A stretch of DNA of 64,000 nt from Octopus sinensis (GCF_006345805.1 NC_043012.1:34782001-34846000); one strand, 5' to 3'. Numbered from the stretch's first letter, positions 23,880-37,096 are shown. The notes: generated from the letters alone by a model not told the origin. Numbers and translations are program-made.

Positions 23880-25440
23880 TATTTTTTTTCTCTAGTTTCA
23901 GCTCGGAGCTGTGGCCATGCTGATGCGCTGCCGTTTTGCTACACTTTTATTACTAAGAGCCTCCTCTAATATGTGTCATTTGGTGAAGAATGGAGTTTGA
24001 TATAGCTACCTTCATTTGCACCTCTTGCCGTGAGGTAGGTTCATCTGGGACTCTTGACAGTAGGAGGTCCAACTTTGATTTAAAAACCCCTACATCTACT
24101 TTGTGCAAGTTCCTCAGACTGGGAGAATATTAAAAAGCTGTGGGTCCTTGAAACCCAGGCTGTTGCAGTAACTGGTCTTGAAGCATGATGGCATTGCTGG
24201 GACCTTTGGTGCTATGCAGTGTCATCCCATTCTGGCATTGGTGTAGCTTTAAGTGTCAAAATTTGGCACAATTCCTTCCAGGATCTTCCAGGTATATATA
24301 TTACTGCATTCCTCTCCCGTCTTCTCTCCAGGGAGTAGAGTCTTAGCTGTTTCAACCTTTTCCAGTAGCTGAGCTGTTGCAAAGAGACGATCTTCTTTGT
24401 GAATCTTCTCTGGATTGCTTCAAGGTCCGCTGTTAATTTCACACTGGTGGGTGACCAAGGTCATGCAGTTTGTGGCATATCATACCATGATTCACCTTGT
24501 CAAAAGCTTTTGCAAAATCAAAGTATATTACGTCCACATTTGATTTGTTGAGTAACTGCCTCAACACCCAGTCATAATGTTGTAAGAGCTGGGTCAGGCA
24601 GCTCCTACCTAGTCGAAAACCATGTTGGGTATCACTCAGCAAGTTATTTTCTTCAAGGAATGCGATTAGTTTCCCTCTGACTATCCGTTCCATGACTTTG
24701 CTGATGTGTGATGTCAGAGAGATAGGCCTATAGTTTTTGGCATCTGCTCTACTTCCCCCTTTATGTATTGGGCATATTATTCCCTCCTTCAGCTTGCTTG
24801 GCAGTTTGCCATTTGTAAGAAAGACCTGGAAGAGAATCTTGAGGGGTTTTGCCAGGGCATGTTTACATGCTTTGAGGAGGATTATTGGGAAACCATCTGG
24901 ACCAGCAGTTGAGTTTGTGTCCACTTCATCTATGGCTAGTAGTACATCTTCTTCCCTAATATCAATGTATTCTATTGTAACTGCCCCGCTGGTTATAGGT
25001 GAGGCGGCAAAGAAGTCCACTGGTTCGTTCACTTGTCTGTGTTCCAACGGGGTGGTAAAGACACTTTTGAACTGGTCATTCAGTCTCTCACTGATCTTAG
25101 TTGGACTGTCTGTGAGGGAGCCATCCTTTTGGAGGAGGGGTCCTATCTTGTAGTGTACTGAGGCTGTTTCTTTTGCATAATGAAAGAAGTCCTTTGGGTT
25201 TGACTTAATGTTTTTTATAACCCAGGCTTCTTTGTCTGCTTTCTCCCTCACATAGGATTGATGCAGCCTTTTTCCGATCTCAATCAGTGTTGTTTTTAGG
25301 CAGGACATTTCGCTACTTTTGGGATGTTGGTTGAGTCTATTTGCAACCTTCGTCGTCTTGTGAGGATCTTCCCCTCTCTTGGAATCTTGCTCTTATCTGT
25401 TTTGGCCTTGTGCTCTGGGCCATATTTCTGGCATATGGCT
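23880..25440 (-). mobile_element. CR1/L2-group LINE (copy 2) with RT N-terminal half and an internal deletion
   Basis: ORF 24439-25308 has KNYRPISLTSHISKVMERIV, QHGFRLGRSCLTQLL and VIYFDFAKAFDKVNH; it jumps directly to the late region (LEAIQRRFTKKI) without the catalytic YADD segment; 3' UTR ends near 23880. Confidence 0.9.
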
Positions 25441-25661
25441 TGCACAGAAGACATGCATATGTATGTATATATATATATATATATATATAATATGCATGCA
25501 TGTATATATATGCATGTTTATATAGGTATATATATGCATATATATATATATATATGAGTATATGCATATATATATGTATATGCATATATATATATGAATA
25601 TGCATATATATATATATATGCATATACATATACATGTATATATATGCATATTTATATGTAT

Positions 25662-27634
25662 ACAAGGTACTACTGATGCTATATTCCTGGTAAGACAGCT
25701 GCAGGAGAAATACCTAGCCAAAGATAAGCCCCTGTACCTGGCTTTTGTTGACATGGAGAAAGCCTTCGACAGGGTCCCCCGATCCCTTATCTGGTGGTCA
25801 ATGAGGAAACTAGGGATAGATGAATGGTTAGTGAGACCTGTGCGAGCCATGTACAGAGACGCTGCTAGTAAGGTGAGGGTTGGCAACGAGTACAGTGAAG
25901 AATTCCGGGTAGAGGTTGGGGTCCACCAAGGTTCAGTCCTCAGTCCCCTCCTATTTATCATAGTCCTCCAGGCAATAACGGAGGAATTCAAGACAGGATG
26001 CCCCTGGGAGCTCCTCTATGCTGATGACCTTGTTCTAATTGCTGAGACACTATCAGAACTGGAGGAGAAGTTTCAGGTGTGGAAGCAAGGATTAGAATCG
26101 AAGGGCGTTAGAATCAACCTAGCCAAAACCAAAGTCCTAATAAGTAGGAAGGTAGACCAATCACAAACGACTTCAGGTAGATGGCCCTGCTCGATCTGTA
26201 AAAAAGGTGTAGGTAGAAACTCTATAAGGTGCACCAAGTGTAAGCTATGGATACATAAGAGGTGCAGCAATGTCAAAGGAAGGCTAACTAGGAAAATAGT
26301 TTTTGTCTGTGGCAGATGCTCAGGAGCAATAAACACTGAAAATGCTCTGAGACCAACTTCCGTCACTTTCCAGGGAGAAAAACTAGAAATTGTTGATAGC
26401 TTCCGTTACCTAGGTGACCAACTCAGTAGCGGGGGTGGGTGTGTTGAAAGTGTAACTGCTAGAGTAAGAATAGCTTGGGCAAAGTTCAGAGATCTCTTAC
26501 CCCTGCTGGTGACAAAAGGCCTCTTGCTCAGAGTAAAAGGCAGACTGTATGATGCATGTGTACGTACAGCCATGCTACATGGTAGTGAAACATGGGCCGT
26601 GACTGCTGAGGATATGCGTAAGCTCGCAAGAAATGAAGCCAGTATGCTCCGATGGATGTGTAATGTCAGTGTTCATAATCGACAGAGTGTAAGTACCTTG
26701 AGAGAAAAGTTGGACCTAAGAAGCATCAGTTGTGGTGTGCAAGAGAGACGTTTGCGCTGGTATGGTCATGTGACGAGAATGGCTGAAGATAGTTGCGTGC
26801 AAAAGTGCCACACCCTAGCAGTTGAGGGAACCTGTGGAAGAGGTAGACCCAGGAAAACCTGGGACGAGGTGGTGAAGCATGACCTTCGCACTTTAGGTCT
26901 CACCAAGGAAATGACTAGAGACCGAGACCTGTGGAAGTATGCTGTCCGTGAGAAGACCCGGCAAGACTAGTGAGACCATAACCCGTGGCCTCTACCTGGT
27001 ATGTAGCCAGTCGACTTATACATACCTTTCCTTCTTGGGACACAAAACTCCACTTGTGAAGACCCGTTGAGGCAAGTGAAAATCAAAATCAAAATCAAAA
27101 TCAAAATCAAACCAAATCAAATCAGATATCAGAAAGCTGAACCAAAATCGAAGTCGATCAACATCAATGGAAATTGCGGCTGTGATACCAGTGCCGGTGA
27201 CAAGTAAGCGAACCATCCGATCGTGGGCATTGCCAGTGCCGCCCCGACTGGCCTCCGTGCCGGTGACACGTAAAAAGCACCATCCGTTCGTGGCCGTTGC
27301 CAGCCTCGCCTGGCCCCCGTGCCGGTGGCGCGTAAAAAGCCCCATCCATTCGTGGCCGTTGCCAGGGCCGCCCCGTCTGGCCTCCGTGCCGGCGGCACGT
27401 AAAAGCACTATCCGGTCGTGTCCGTTGCCAGCCCCGCCTGGCCCCCGTGCCGGTGGCACGTAAAAGCACCCACTACACTCGCGGAGTGGTTGGCGTTAGG
27501 AAGGGCATCCAGCCATAGAAACATTGCCAGATCAGACTGGGCCTGATGCAGCCTTCTGGCTTCACAGACCCCAGTTGAACCGTCCAACCCATGCTAGCAT
27601 GGAAAACGGACGCTAAATGATGATGATGATGATA
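25662..27634 (+). mobile_element. RTE-clade LINE, 5'-truncated: open RT ORF to 26970 with PHD-like Zn finger, 3' UTR with tandem hairpin units, (GAT)n tail
   Basis: [51 protein letters not shown]; the first ~23 aa of the ORF call are microsatellite. Confidence 0.93.
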
Positions 27635-27889
27635 TCTATATATAAGTATATGTATATATAAATGTATACATATGTATATACAGGTATAAATATTTACATA
27701 TATGTTCATATATATGTATATACAAGTATTGTTGTTTGTTCCTTCTCGAACCATGCTTGGCTCATAGAGAGACTGAATTGTGTTTAAAGTAATTTTTGTC
27801 CATTCTTCAGCTGAAAGTGTTTCAAGTTCTTGTAGTTATGATATCGAATCCTTACTTGCTTTTCTACATATGTATGTATATACATGTAT

Positions 27890-28042
27890 GTTTATATATA
27901 TGTCTTTCTGTTGAAGAGCGTAGGCTCGAAACGTTAAAGACTTGTTTTATTTATATTTCCTGAGCGCCATACTAATACAATTGTTCGTTTGTTTTCCACC
28001 TGCCTTCGTCTTTTGTCTATTTTCATAAAGCTTCCCGTTATA
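27890..28042 (+). mobile_element. PLE pseudo-LTR-like repeat with variant hammerhead motif (27902-27941)
   Basis: GTCTTT-CTGTTGAA-GAGC GTAG GCTC-GAA-ACGT-T-AAAGAC; related copy at 44520-44710. Confidence 0.6.
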
Positions 28043-28212
28043 TATATTTATATGTGTGTATGTATATAAATATATATGTATATATGTCTGTATATATATA
28101 TTTATGTATGTATATTTTATATATGTATATGTATGCATGTATATATATGTTGTATATATATATATGTATGCATGTATATGTATGCATGTATATGTATGCA
28201 TGTATATATATG

Positions 28213-28269
<57 letters not shown>

Positions 28270-28825
28270 GTTAAACAATGATGATGATGATGTGAGTCAA
28301 ATAACTGGGATGTTACCTGATAGCAACATTGCTACTCTTTGGCACCACTAGAGGTAACAGTTCCATTGGCAGGTGCTGAAATCATTGTTTTTCAGTCAGC
28401 ATTTGACGAAGGGACTGTTCCACAGTGAAAGCTGCATATATAATGTTAAACATGAATAAGAGATGCATTGTCAATTGTAAAACATAATCATCATCATCAT
28501 CATCAATAATGAAAATAGATGTAATCCTACATATTCCTAAAATGGCAAAAGTGTCATAGGTTGGAACACCTTTCATTCTTTTAATTGGTTTCAGTCCAAA
28601 GACTGTAAGAAGGCAGTGTGACTGAAGGTCGATGGACAATGGCAAAGGGAGATAATCATTGAGGGTTTTTACCCCTAAAAACGAGGCTTTTCCCCCCCTC
28701 CATATTTTAAAGAGGTCTCAGGCTAGGAGTGTTTCGGGTCTGAAGATATGCCATAAGGCCAAACCTGTTATGAACAAGAAACCCAGGGTATCCCCTTAAA
28801 CTGGCCTACCCCATTATAATATATG

Positions 28826-29395
28826 TATGTTGGAGTGTTTATGTCTCTGTAACTTAGTGGTTTGACCAAAGAGACCAATAGAATAAGTGCTAGGCTTACA
28901 AAGTCCTGGGGTCAATTTCTTCGACTAAGACCCTTTAAGTCAGTGCTCCAGCTACACCATCAAATGACTGAAACGTGTAAAAGGCCCAGGCATGGCTGTG
29001 TGTATAGGTGTAGACATGACCATATGGTAAGAAACTTGCTTCCCAATGACATGGTGTTAGGTTCAATCCCACTGCACAGCATATTGGGTGTCTTCCACTA
29101 TAGCATCAAGTTGGCCGAAGCCTTGGGAGTGGATTTGGTAAATGGAAACTGAAAATTGCCTGTCATATATATATATATCTGTGTGTCTTTGTGCTTGTGT
29201 TTGTTTCACACCACCACTAACAACTGGTGTTGGTGTGTTTCTGTCCCTGTAACCTTGCAGTTTGGCAAAAGGGATTGATAGAATAAGTACCAAGCTTAAA
29301 AAAATGTGAGGCCAATTCATTTGACTAAAAATTCTTCAAGGCAATTCCCCAGCATGGCTACTGTCTAATGACTGAAATAAGTAAATGATAAATGA
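28826..29395 (+). mobile_element. Diverged family B SINE pieces (3' half plus near-full copy)
   Basis: gaccaatagaataagt, ggttcaatcccactgc and ccagcatggct..gactgaaa motifs. Confidence 0.7.
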
Positions 29396-29553
29396 TTATA
29401 TATACATATAAAAGAACCGTCTGAATGGCCGTTGCCAGTGCCGCCTTGACTGGCCTCCGTGCCGGTGGCACGTAAAAAGCACCTCTAATGCCTCTATTGT
29501 ACGTTCCTCAATCACTCTTCCCCTTCTCACCCTCACAAAATGACTAAGGATAG

Positions 29554-29878
29554 CAGTGGTTCTTTATTGGGGTCAATATGACCCCTAGGGATCCATATAA
29601 AGTTGTTGGTGTTCCATACAAGCCAATTAGTAAATTGGGGCCCACAGTAGTTCATTAAGAGTCCATGAAAAAATGTTACTTTAGAGGCATTTATTGCAAG
29701 AAACTTTCTTTCTCTGACTTTTTACAGTTCAGCTTAGACAAGTTAATGTATGGAAAGCAAATTTTGAAAGAAGTATCCATAAAACTAGTTTTTAAACATT
29801 GAATGGCTATGGAGGAGTCACCAGAATAAAATAGTAATCAAAGGGTTCTAATTGATAAAAAATGGTTGAGAACCTCTA
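29554..29878. mobile_element. Old hAT (Charlie-like) MITE
   Basis: CAGTGGTTCT..GGTTGAGAACCTCTA ends; right flank ATCTAGAG fits the NTCTAGAN target; TSD not preserved. Confidence 0.55.
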
Positions 29879-30289
29879 ATCTAGAGGGTATATATGATAT
29901 ATTTATATATGAGGAATCTTATCAGATTCCTTGTGTGCTCCTTATTTGCCATTTGGTAATGACATCCATCATTCTCTCAAACTATTTATTTACTTCTTGC
30001 TGTTTATCATCCTCTTGTCCTTATTCCCCCTAGCACTCATGCCATGGTAAAATGAACCCTGCTACTCTATAAAGTGATTGGAGTTTTGAAGGATATCCTG
30101 CCGTATAAACTAACTCAAAAGCGAAACTTATGAGCAAAATATTCACCCCACCCTGACCTAACTAAAAGATCCGCAACAACCACTCCAACTTATACAGGAA
30201 TGGAGAGCAGATATCAAATGTTGATGATAACCATTCCTGTTTATACAGATACAATTTATTTCTTTTAGGGTACTCAAGACTCGCTCTTT

Positions 30290-30704
30290 TTACTTTTTTA
30301 CATGTTTCAGTCATTTGACTGTAGCCATGCTGGAGCATTGCCTTTAGTCGAGCAAATCGACCCCCAGGCCTTATTCTTTGTAAGCCTAGTACTTATTCTA
30401 TCGGTCTCTTTTGCCAAACCGCTAAGTTACGGGGACGCAAACACACCACCAGCGGTTGTCAAGCGATGTTGGGGGACAAGCACAGACACACAAACATATA
30501 CACACACATACATATTCATATATATGTATATATATATATATACGACAGGCTTCTTTCAGTTTCTGTCTACCAAATCCACTCGCAAGGCTTTGGTTGGCCT
30601 GAGGCTATAGTAAAAGACACTTGCCCAAGGTGCCACGCAGTGTGACTGAACCCGGAACCATGTGGCTGATAATCAAGCTACTTACCACACAGCCACTCCG
30701 CACC
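30290..30704 (-). mobile_element. tRNA-derived SINE (family B)
   Basis: Reverse complement of 40348-40750. Confidence 0.9.
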
Positions 30705-31529
30705 TATTAATTAATATCAATAAGATTTGATTTAGATGTTTTAAGGAGGTTTGCTGTTGAACTACTGTTATTTTCCAAGGAGGTCAGCTTTGCTTTTCAA
30801 CCTTCTGGGGTCAAATTTTATCGACTAAACCCTTTCCTAGCTATTTGATGCTAGAGACTTTTATTACAAATATTCATGACAAGCTGTCATACTTACCTGG
30901 GATTAACGATGCCTAAAAATTTACCTTCACATAAAGCCAGTAAATTTTGAATAAATTGCTTTAAAAAGATGCTGACAACCTATGGTTTATCTGAGAATGG
31001 TGATGCACTGAAAATTATTATGCTTCAAGCAATTCAGATGATTGTTCAAGTTGAGCTTCAGAGAAATGTAGAAAGAAAAAAAAAACCCCTACATTAATTA
31101 TCATTTTATAGGTAACATGTTTTGTTTATTTTTGTTTTTTGTTGTTTTTTTTTATCTCAGAATAGTGATTTGATTTGTATCTTTACTCTAGATGAATATT
31201 TTATCAATATTTATTGCAGTTCCTTGAAATATAATAATCTTAACTTTTCAGATACTGAAGCCCAAAGTCCTGTTTTGCAATTTGTTACAAATAGATTTTA
31301 CTTGCATATATTAAGATTATTCTCGTTATTATGTTTTAAGTTACAAATCACTTAAAATGACCTTAGAAATTATTGTGATTATCATCAATGTGTTGATTGA
31401 CAGAATTAATAATTGGTTGAGCAGGAAAGAAAATTCTCAGTTAAGATGCCCATAGGGTCGACATTGCCTTTCATTCTTACAAGATCAATAAAATAAACTA
31501 TCAAAGAGCACTATACGAGTGTAATTGTT

Positions 31530-32021
31530 GACAGAGCGGCTAACCAGCTTCCGTGCCAGTGGCACATAAAAGGGCATCATTCGAGTGTGATCGTTACCAG
31601 CATCGCCTTACTGGCACTTGTGCTTGTGCTAGTAGGGTGACAAGAGCACTATCCGAGCATGATTGTTGCCTGAGCAGCCAACTGGCTTCCGTGCCGGTGG
31701 CACGTAAAAGGGCACCATTCGAGCATGATCGTTACCAACGTCGCCTTACTGGCACCTGTGCTGGAGGCATGTGTAAAAAGATTCAAGCAAGGTCATTGCC
31801 AGTACTGCCTGACTGGCCCCCATGCTGGTGGCATGTAAAAAGCACCCACTACACTATCGGAGTAGTTGGCATTAGGAAGGGCATCCAGCTGTAGAAACTC
31901 TGCCAGATCAAGATTGGAGCCTGGTGCAGCCATCTGGTTCGCCAGTCCTCTGTCAAATTGCCCAACCCATGCTCGCATGGAAAGCGGACGTTAAACGATG
32001 ATGATGATGATGATGATGATC
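31530..32021 (+). mobile_element. RTE 3' end, different subfamily with its own tandem units
   Basis: gtgcc..ggcac units, aggaagggcatccagc, (GAT)n tail. Confidence 0.85.
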
Positions 32022-32484
32022 AATTAAAAACTGCCACCTATAGAGTGCTCCCCTTTAGTTTATGGTCTTCTGTGGAATTTACAAAAGAGTCAGCTGGTGC
32101 ACAAGGTTAAAAAAAATTTTTTTAGTTACATTTTTTTTTTACATTCTGAGTTCAAACGGAGCTGATTATATTTGACATTCCTTTTCACCTAGGGTTAATA
32201 AAATATAGTTGTTGATTATATGTTTATACCTCCCAGATTTGTAACACATTCCATATTTTAGAAATCATTGCAAAGAAAATGTCATTATTACTATGAGAAA
32301 TTTATTATTATCACAGAATGACAATGATATCGAAGGCAAGGAAACGGAATAGTGAATAAAGGATTGTATCATTTGTACCAATGAAAACTATACAATTGTA
32401 TAACATATAAAAATCTCTAATTAAAACTAACTCTCAGTATTATGGAAATTATTAAGATGTTTCATAAATATCATATATGTATGT

Positions 32485-32845
32485 CATCATCATCATCATT
32501 GTTTAACATCCGCTTTCCCTGCTAGCATGGGTTGGACAGTTCGACCGGGGTCTGGGAAGCCAGGAGGCTGTACCAGGCTCCAGTCTGATCTGGCAGTGTT
32601 TCTACAGCTGGATGCCCTTCCTAACACCAACCACTCCGTGAGTGTAGTGGGTGCTTTTTACATGCCACCGACACAGGGACCAGGGGTGGCTGGCAACGGC
32701 CACGATCGGTTGGTGCTTTTATGTGTCACCGACACGGACGCCAGTCAGGCGGCACTGGCAACTGCCATGTTCGGATGGTGCTTTTTACGTGCTACCGGCA
32801 CAGGTATCTTAATTACAATTTCCATTTGATTTTCATTTTGATGTT
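32485..32845 (-). mobile_element. RTE 3' end
   Basis: (CAT)n plus the 3' UTR family sequence. Confidence 0.85.
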
Positions 32846-32873
32846 GGCGTTAATTATGGAAATCATTAAGATA

Positions 32874-33269
32874 CTAGCAGTATCGCCCGGCGTTGCTCGG
32901 GTTTGTAAGGGAAATAACTATATAAGCATTTTTAGAGAGTTATAGCCAAAAAATAGCAAAAAAATGCATTAAAAATGGAAAAAAAATTAAGGTAAATTTC
33001 TTTTTAAATCGTTGACACATCGTAGATATTTTTAGAGAGTTACTTCCCTTATATAATAGCGAAAAAATGCATTAAAATGGAAAAATATGATGGTAAATTT
33101 TTTTAAATCGTAGACTCATCGTAGACGCGCGCTAATAACCAGAAGGGCTCGATATGACTCACGACTATAAGATACCCGGTTTTGGTTACACTGCACCGCA
33201 AAATGTGGGAGTAGTTAGGAATCTAAATCGTAGGAGACAGACACACGACTTCACTCTTATATATAAAGA
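32874..33269 (-). mobile_element. Non-autonomous Helitron-like element
   Basis: Minus strand starts TCTTTATATA and ends CCCGAGCAACGCCGGG..CTAG; inserted between A and T. Confidence 0.8.
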
Positions 33270-34721
33270 TATAAGTCACGTAGTTATATACACATACTTT
33301 GTTATATACACATTCTTAAAAGAAAATGTTATTTTGAATACAACATTTATAAAGAATAAAATATTTTTTGGTTTTTCTTAACCCTTTCGTTACTATATTT
33401 CTGACCAAAATACACCCCTTATGTGTTTCAATTAATTTTTAACGTAATCATAAATTTAGTCTGGTTTCATTAAACAACTATAACTTTTTTATTTATGAAT
33501 ATATTAATCTGATTTTTGGAAGATAATTTAGTGAAATGTTCTCAACCAATTCTATACTATAATTTTTGTCACAAAGTGACTCTAATTGCAGGTAGATACA
33601 GGTAAATTCAACAATATATAAAATTATTAAAATTATGTTCAAACATCGCTATAGAAAATGGGTTATTAGCTAATATTCAATTGGGTATACAACAAAATTT
33701 TACGATAGAATTTGTTATTCTGGGTAACTTTCTGATACCCATAATAATATTTATGGCAAAATAGGCCTTAATTTAATTTAAGGTTGTGGGAAATAACAAA
33801 CTATCCTTTCTTTCGCTTTGTTTACGTTTAGCGTAATGATTTCAAATAGGCTCATTCGAAAAAGTAAAAAGAAATAGTTTAAGGCTTTATACTCTTCTGG
33901 GAAAGTCTGTGGCTTGGTGCAGTTTCTTCAGAAAAATCACCGAAAGAAACAGTTTTTAAATTTTCACTCCATTCAGGTACCAATTCATTTTCTTAATCGC
34001 TGTCGGATTCACTGTTTTCACTTTAATAGCTGCAAACTTGCAAAGACAAAGGAGAAGGGTGATAGCGTCAGTGAAACAGTCGCTCCCTTTGTGTGTGTGT
34101 GCGTTTGCGTGTGGTGTATCCCACATTAAGAAAAACATTTGACATATACACCAGAATGTGAGTTTTCTCTAAATTTTGCTTAATTGGGGTTGAAACTTTA
34201 AAAACCGGACCTGGCATGACCCGATTCATTCTACTCTTAAAAATGCTAGGTAAATTGTAATTGAAGAAATCCTATATTGTAGATTTCTATAACTTACAAA
34301 GGGAGGCAGATAAAATCTGCCTTTTATAATAAGAGATTACATAAATATCATATATGTATGTAAAATATATATATATGCATATGTGTTTATTGTTTTTTAT
34401 ATGAATAAAAGAGACAAGTACAAACAGTGTAATATACAAGCCTATGTACATGCACACGGGACATATACTAAACACACACACACACACAGAGGCATAAACA
34501 CATGTGTAGATACCACAGAAGGACAAAATGGAATGAGCAGGACAAGAGAGGACACATGGGGCGGAGAGTCACTGATAAGGTCACAAAATGTGTGACAAAC
34601 GAATTTTGACAGATGTACAAGATAAAAATAATACAAATAAAACTAAAGTGAAAATCAAATAGTGTGGGTGTTGAAGTGACAAAAAAAAAAGATCATCCCT
34701 AAGTTAATAATAATAATAATT

Positions 34722-35191
34722 GATATAAAAGGTGGGCTACAACAAATATTCTGCTCAATACCACAGATTTACTTGTCAGTTGTTTGACCGTAATCAGTTG
34801 AGCATGTTCCTTAGTGGCTGATGATATGTGCATCACTGATCACAAGCAGAAGTAATGGGGGAGCATCATAGTCATGTGTTGAGAGGGATTCTTTGGGGTT
34901 TGGATAATTCATCTTTGGAAACATGGGTGTTTCATTCACCATCCTTAAACAACCCTTATTCAGGGACCTTTTGAGTGGGATGTGCTACTCAATCTGAAGA
35001 AAATTCTAATTGAGTCCTACCTGCAAGGTCATGCACTGTTTATCTTGACATGAGATCACCATGTCATGCATATATGGTTGCGATGAATGTGCCTGGTGTG
35101 TCCTTATCAGACGGGTAGTCATGATGGGTATACTGGGCTTTGCATATCTTACCTCAGTGTCACTTTGATGGCATGCACTGCTCTCTCACTC
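34722..35191 (+). mobile_element. (TAA)n-flanked retroelement piece (family D), 5'-truncated
   Basis: Closely similar to about 36630-37096; (TAA)n on both sides. Confidence 0.75.
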
Positions 35192-35622
35192 AATAATAAT
35201 AATAATAATATATATATATAAGTAAAGTTAATCACCACATCAATATGGCTGTTTGAATTTACTACTGGTTCAGAGTATGGACTGCACCTATAACCAGCTG
35301 GCAGAAGATCTGCCTGGGGTTATCTTGACCAAACTATAAACAACTTTATATTCAAAAGAATATAAAGGTGAGATAAGGTTCTCTCATAACATAGTTAATT
35401 TATAATAAATTCAAGGTTTCAAACTTTACTCCAGTATCCGTCAAAAAAATTGCATTTACAAGCATAGAATCATACATTTCGCCTACAAAACAACATCGAA
35501 GTATCTTTGGATAAGCAAGTGCAGTGTGCATATGTGTGTCTATGGCTGTGTGTGTGTATGTATGCGTGTGTGCAAGTGTATTTCATTAGCTCAGAGTATA
35601 TCTATTTCTTTATTGCCCACAT

Positions 35623-35826
35623 AGAGGAGACAAACAAGGACAGACAAAGGTATTATTAAGTCGATTACATCGACCCCAGTGCGAAACTGGCACTTTATTT
35701 ATCGACCCCGAAATGATGAAAGGCAAAGTCGACTTCGGCGGAATTTGAACTCAGAACGTAGCGGCAGACGAAGTACCACTAAGCACTTCGCCCGGCGTGC
35801 TAACGTTTCTGCCAGCTCGCTGCCTT
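35623..35826 (-). mobile_element. Family C SINE
   Basis: Reverse complement of the family C consensus. Confidence 0.9.
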
Positions 35827-36213
35827 CAGAGCATATCTCCATCGAAACACGCAGTCTTACGATATTGGTGCTCACAGAATGAAGATTTCTTTAAAACTAC
35901 ATTTCCAGATTTGAAGGACGGATTTCATTTATCAACAAAGATCATGGCAGTTTGAGATGACCGCCGTAAGATGTCATCGTGACAAGCGTCATGTTTGGAT
36001 AAGAAATTAAACAAACGATTACAGTTACGTGACGACAAATTCCATCCGTAAACATTTGTTCATTTGCGTGCTTTTAAATAAATGGACGGACAAACAAACA
36101 CATGTGATTACATTAGTGTCAATACGGAGAAGAACGGGGAAATGAGAAAGATGACTAAAATAAAGGCATAAAGTATGTAATAATAATAATAATAAGGATA
36201 ATAATAATAATAA

Positions 36214-36535
36214 CCGGCAGATGACAACGTTTCTCTAAAAGAAATGGAGAAACTCTCAAAATACAAAGACCTGGAAATGGAGGTAACCAGAATGTGAAAT
36301 CTAAAAACAGAAACAATTCCTATCATAGTAGGTGCATTAGGCATGATAAAAAAATATTCAGACAAATACATAACAAAAACACCAGGACTTACACATATAA
36401 CATACAGAAAATTGCACTACTAGGCACTGCACACATCCTACGCAAAACACTTTCCATACAATAACCATCAGAGCATCACAACAAATCACAGCGCATACCC
36501 AAGGCACACGCTATAAAAATAAAACTACTGAAGAG
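36214..36535 (+). mobile_element. R4/Dong-type LINE 3' end (restriction-like endonuclease region)
   Basis: Translates KEMEKLSKYKDLEMEVTRM*NLKTETIPIIVGALGMIKK..IQKIALLGTAHILRKTL; flanked by (TAA)n. Confidence 0.85.
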
Positions 36536-36551
36536 TAATAATAATAATAAT

Positions 36552-37096
36552 GCAGTACCAGGCAGTGGCTCTCATGGTTTCTGATCTTAATTGATTGGAA
36601 GTGTTATCATGTATGTTGTTTTGTCTTGGTATAAAGGATGGGCTACAACAAATATTCTGCTCAATACCACAGATTTGCTTGTCAGTTGTTTGACCTTAAC
36701 CAGTTGAGCATGTCCCTTAGTGGCTGACGATTTGTGCATCTCTGATCACGAGAAGAAGTAGGGGGGGAGCATCATAGCCCATGTGTTGAGAGGGATTCTT
36801 TGGGGTTTGAATAATTCACCTCTGGAAACATGGGTGTTTCGTTCAACAACCTTAAGCAATCCTTATTCAGGGACCTTTTGAGCGGGATGGGTTACTCGAC
36901 CAGGAGAAAATTCTAACTGGGCCCCACCTACAAGGTCATGTGCTGTTTATCTTGATATGAGATCACCATGTCGCGCACATATGGTTGTGTAGCATGTGCC
37001 TGGTGTACCCTTATCAGACAGGTAGTCATGATAGGTATACTGGGCTTCGTATATTTTACTCCAGTGTCACTTTGATGGCATACACTGCTCTCTCAC
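36552..37096 (+). mobile_element. (TAA)n-flanked retroelement piece (family D)
   Basis: Matches 34722-35191; ends ctctctcac followed by (ATA)n. Confidence 0.75.

Noticed and set aside
27191-27470. Repeat-spacer appearance similar to a CRISPR array
   Set aside because: Whole units are repeated with no unique spacers, they lie inside a LINE 3' UTR, and the context is eukaryotic with no cas genes.
30893-30904. ATACTTACCTGG, identical to the U1 snRNA 5' end
   Set aside because: The match stops after 12 nt with no U1 stem-loops. As a minus-strand splice donor, the upstream candidate exon has stops in all three frames.
33378-33900. TTAACCCTTTCGTTAC, a piggyBac-MITE-like left end
   Set aside because: No matching right TIR found in the window.
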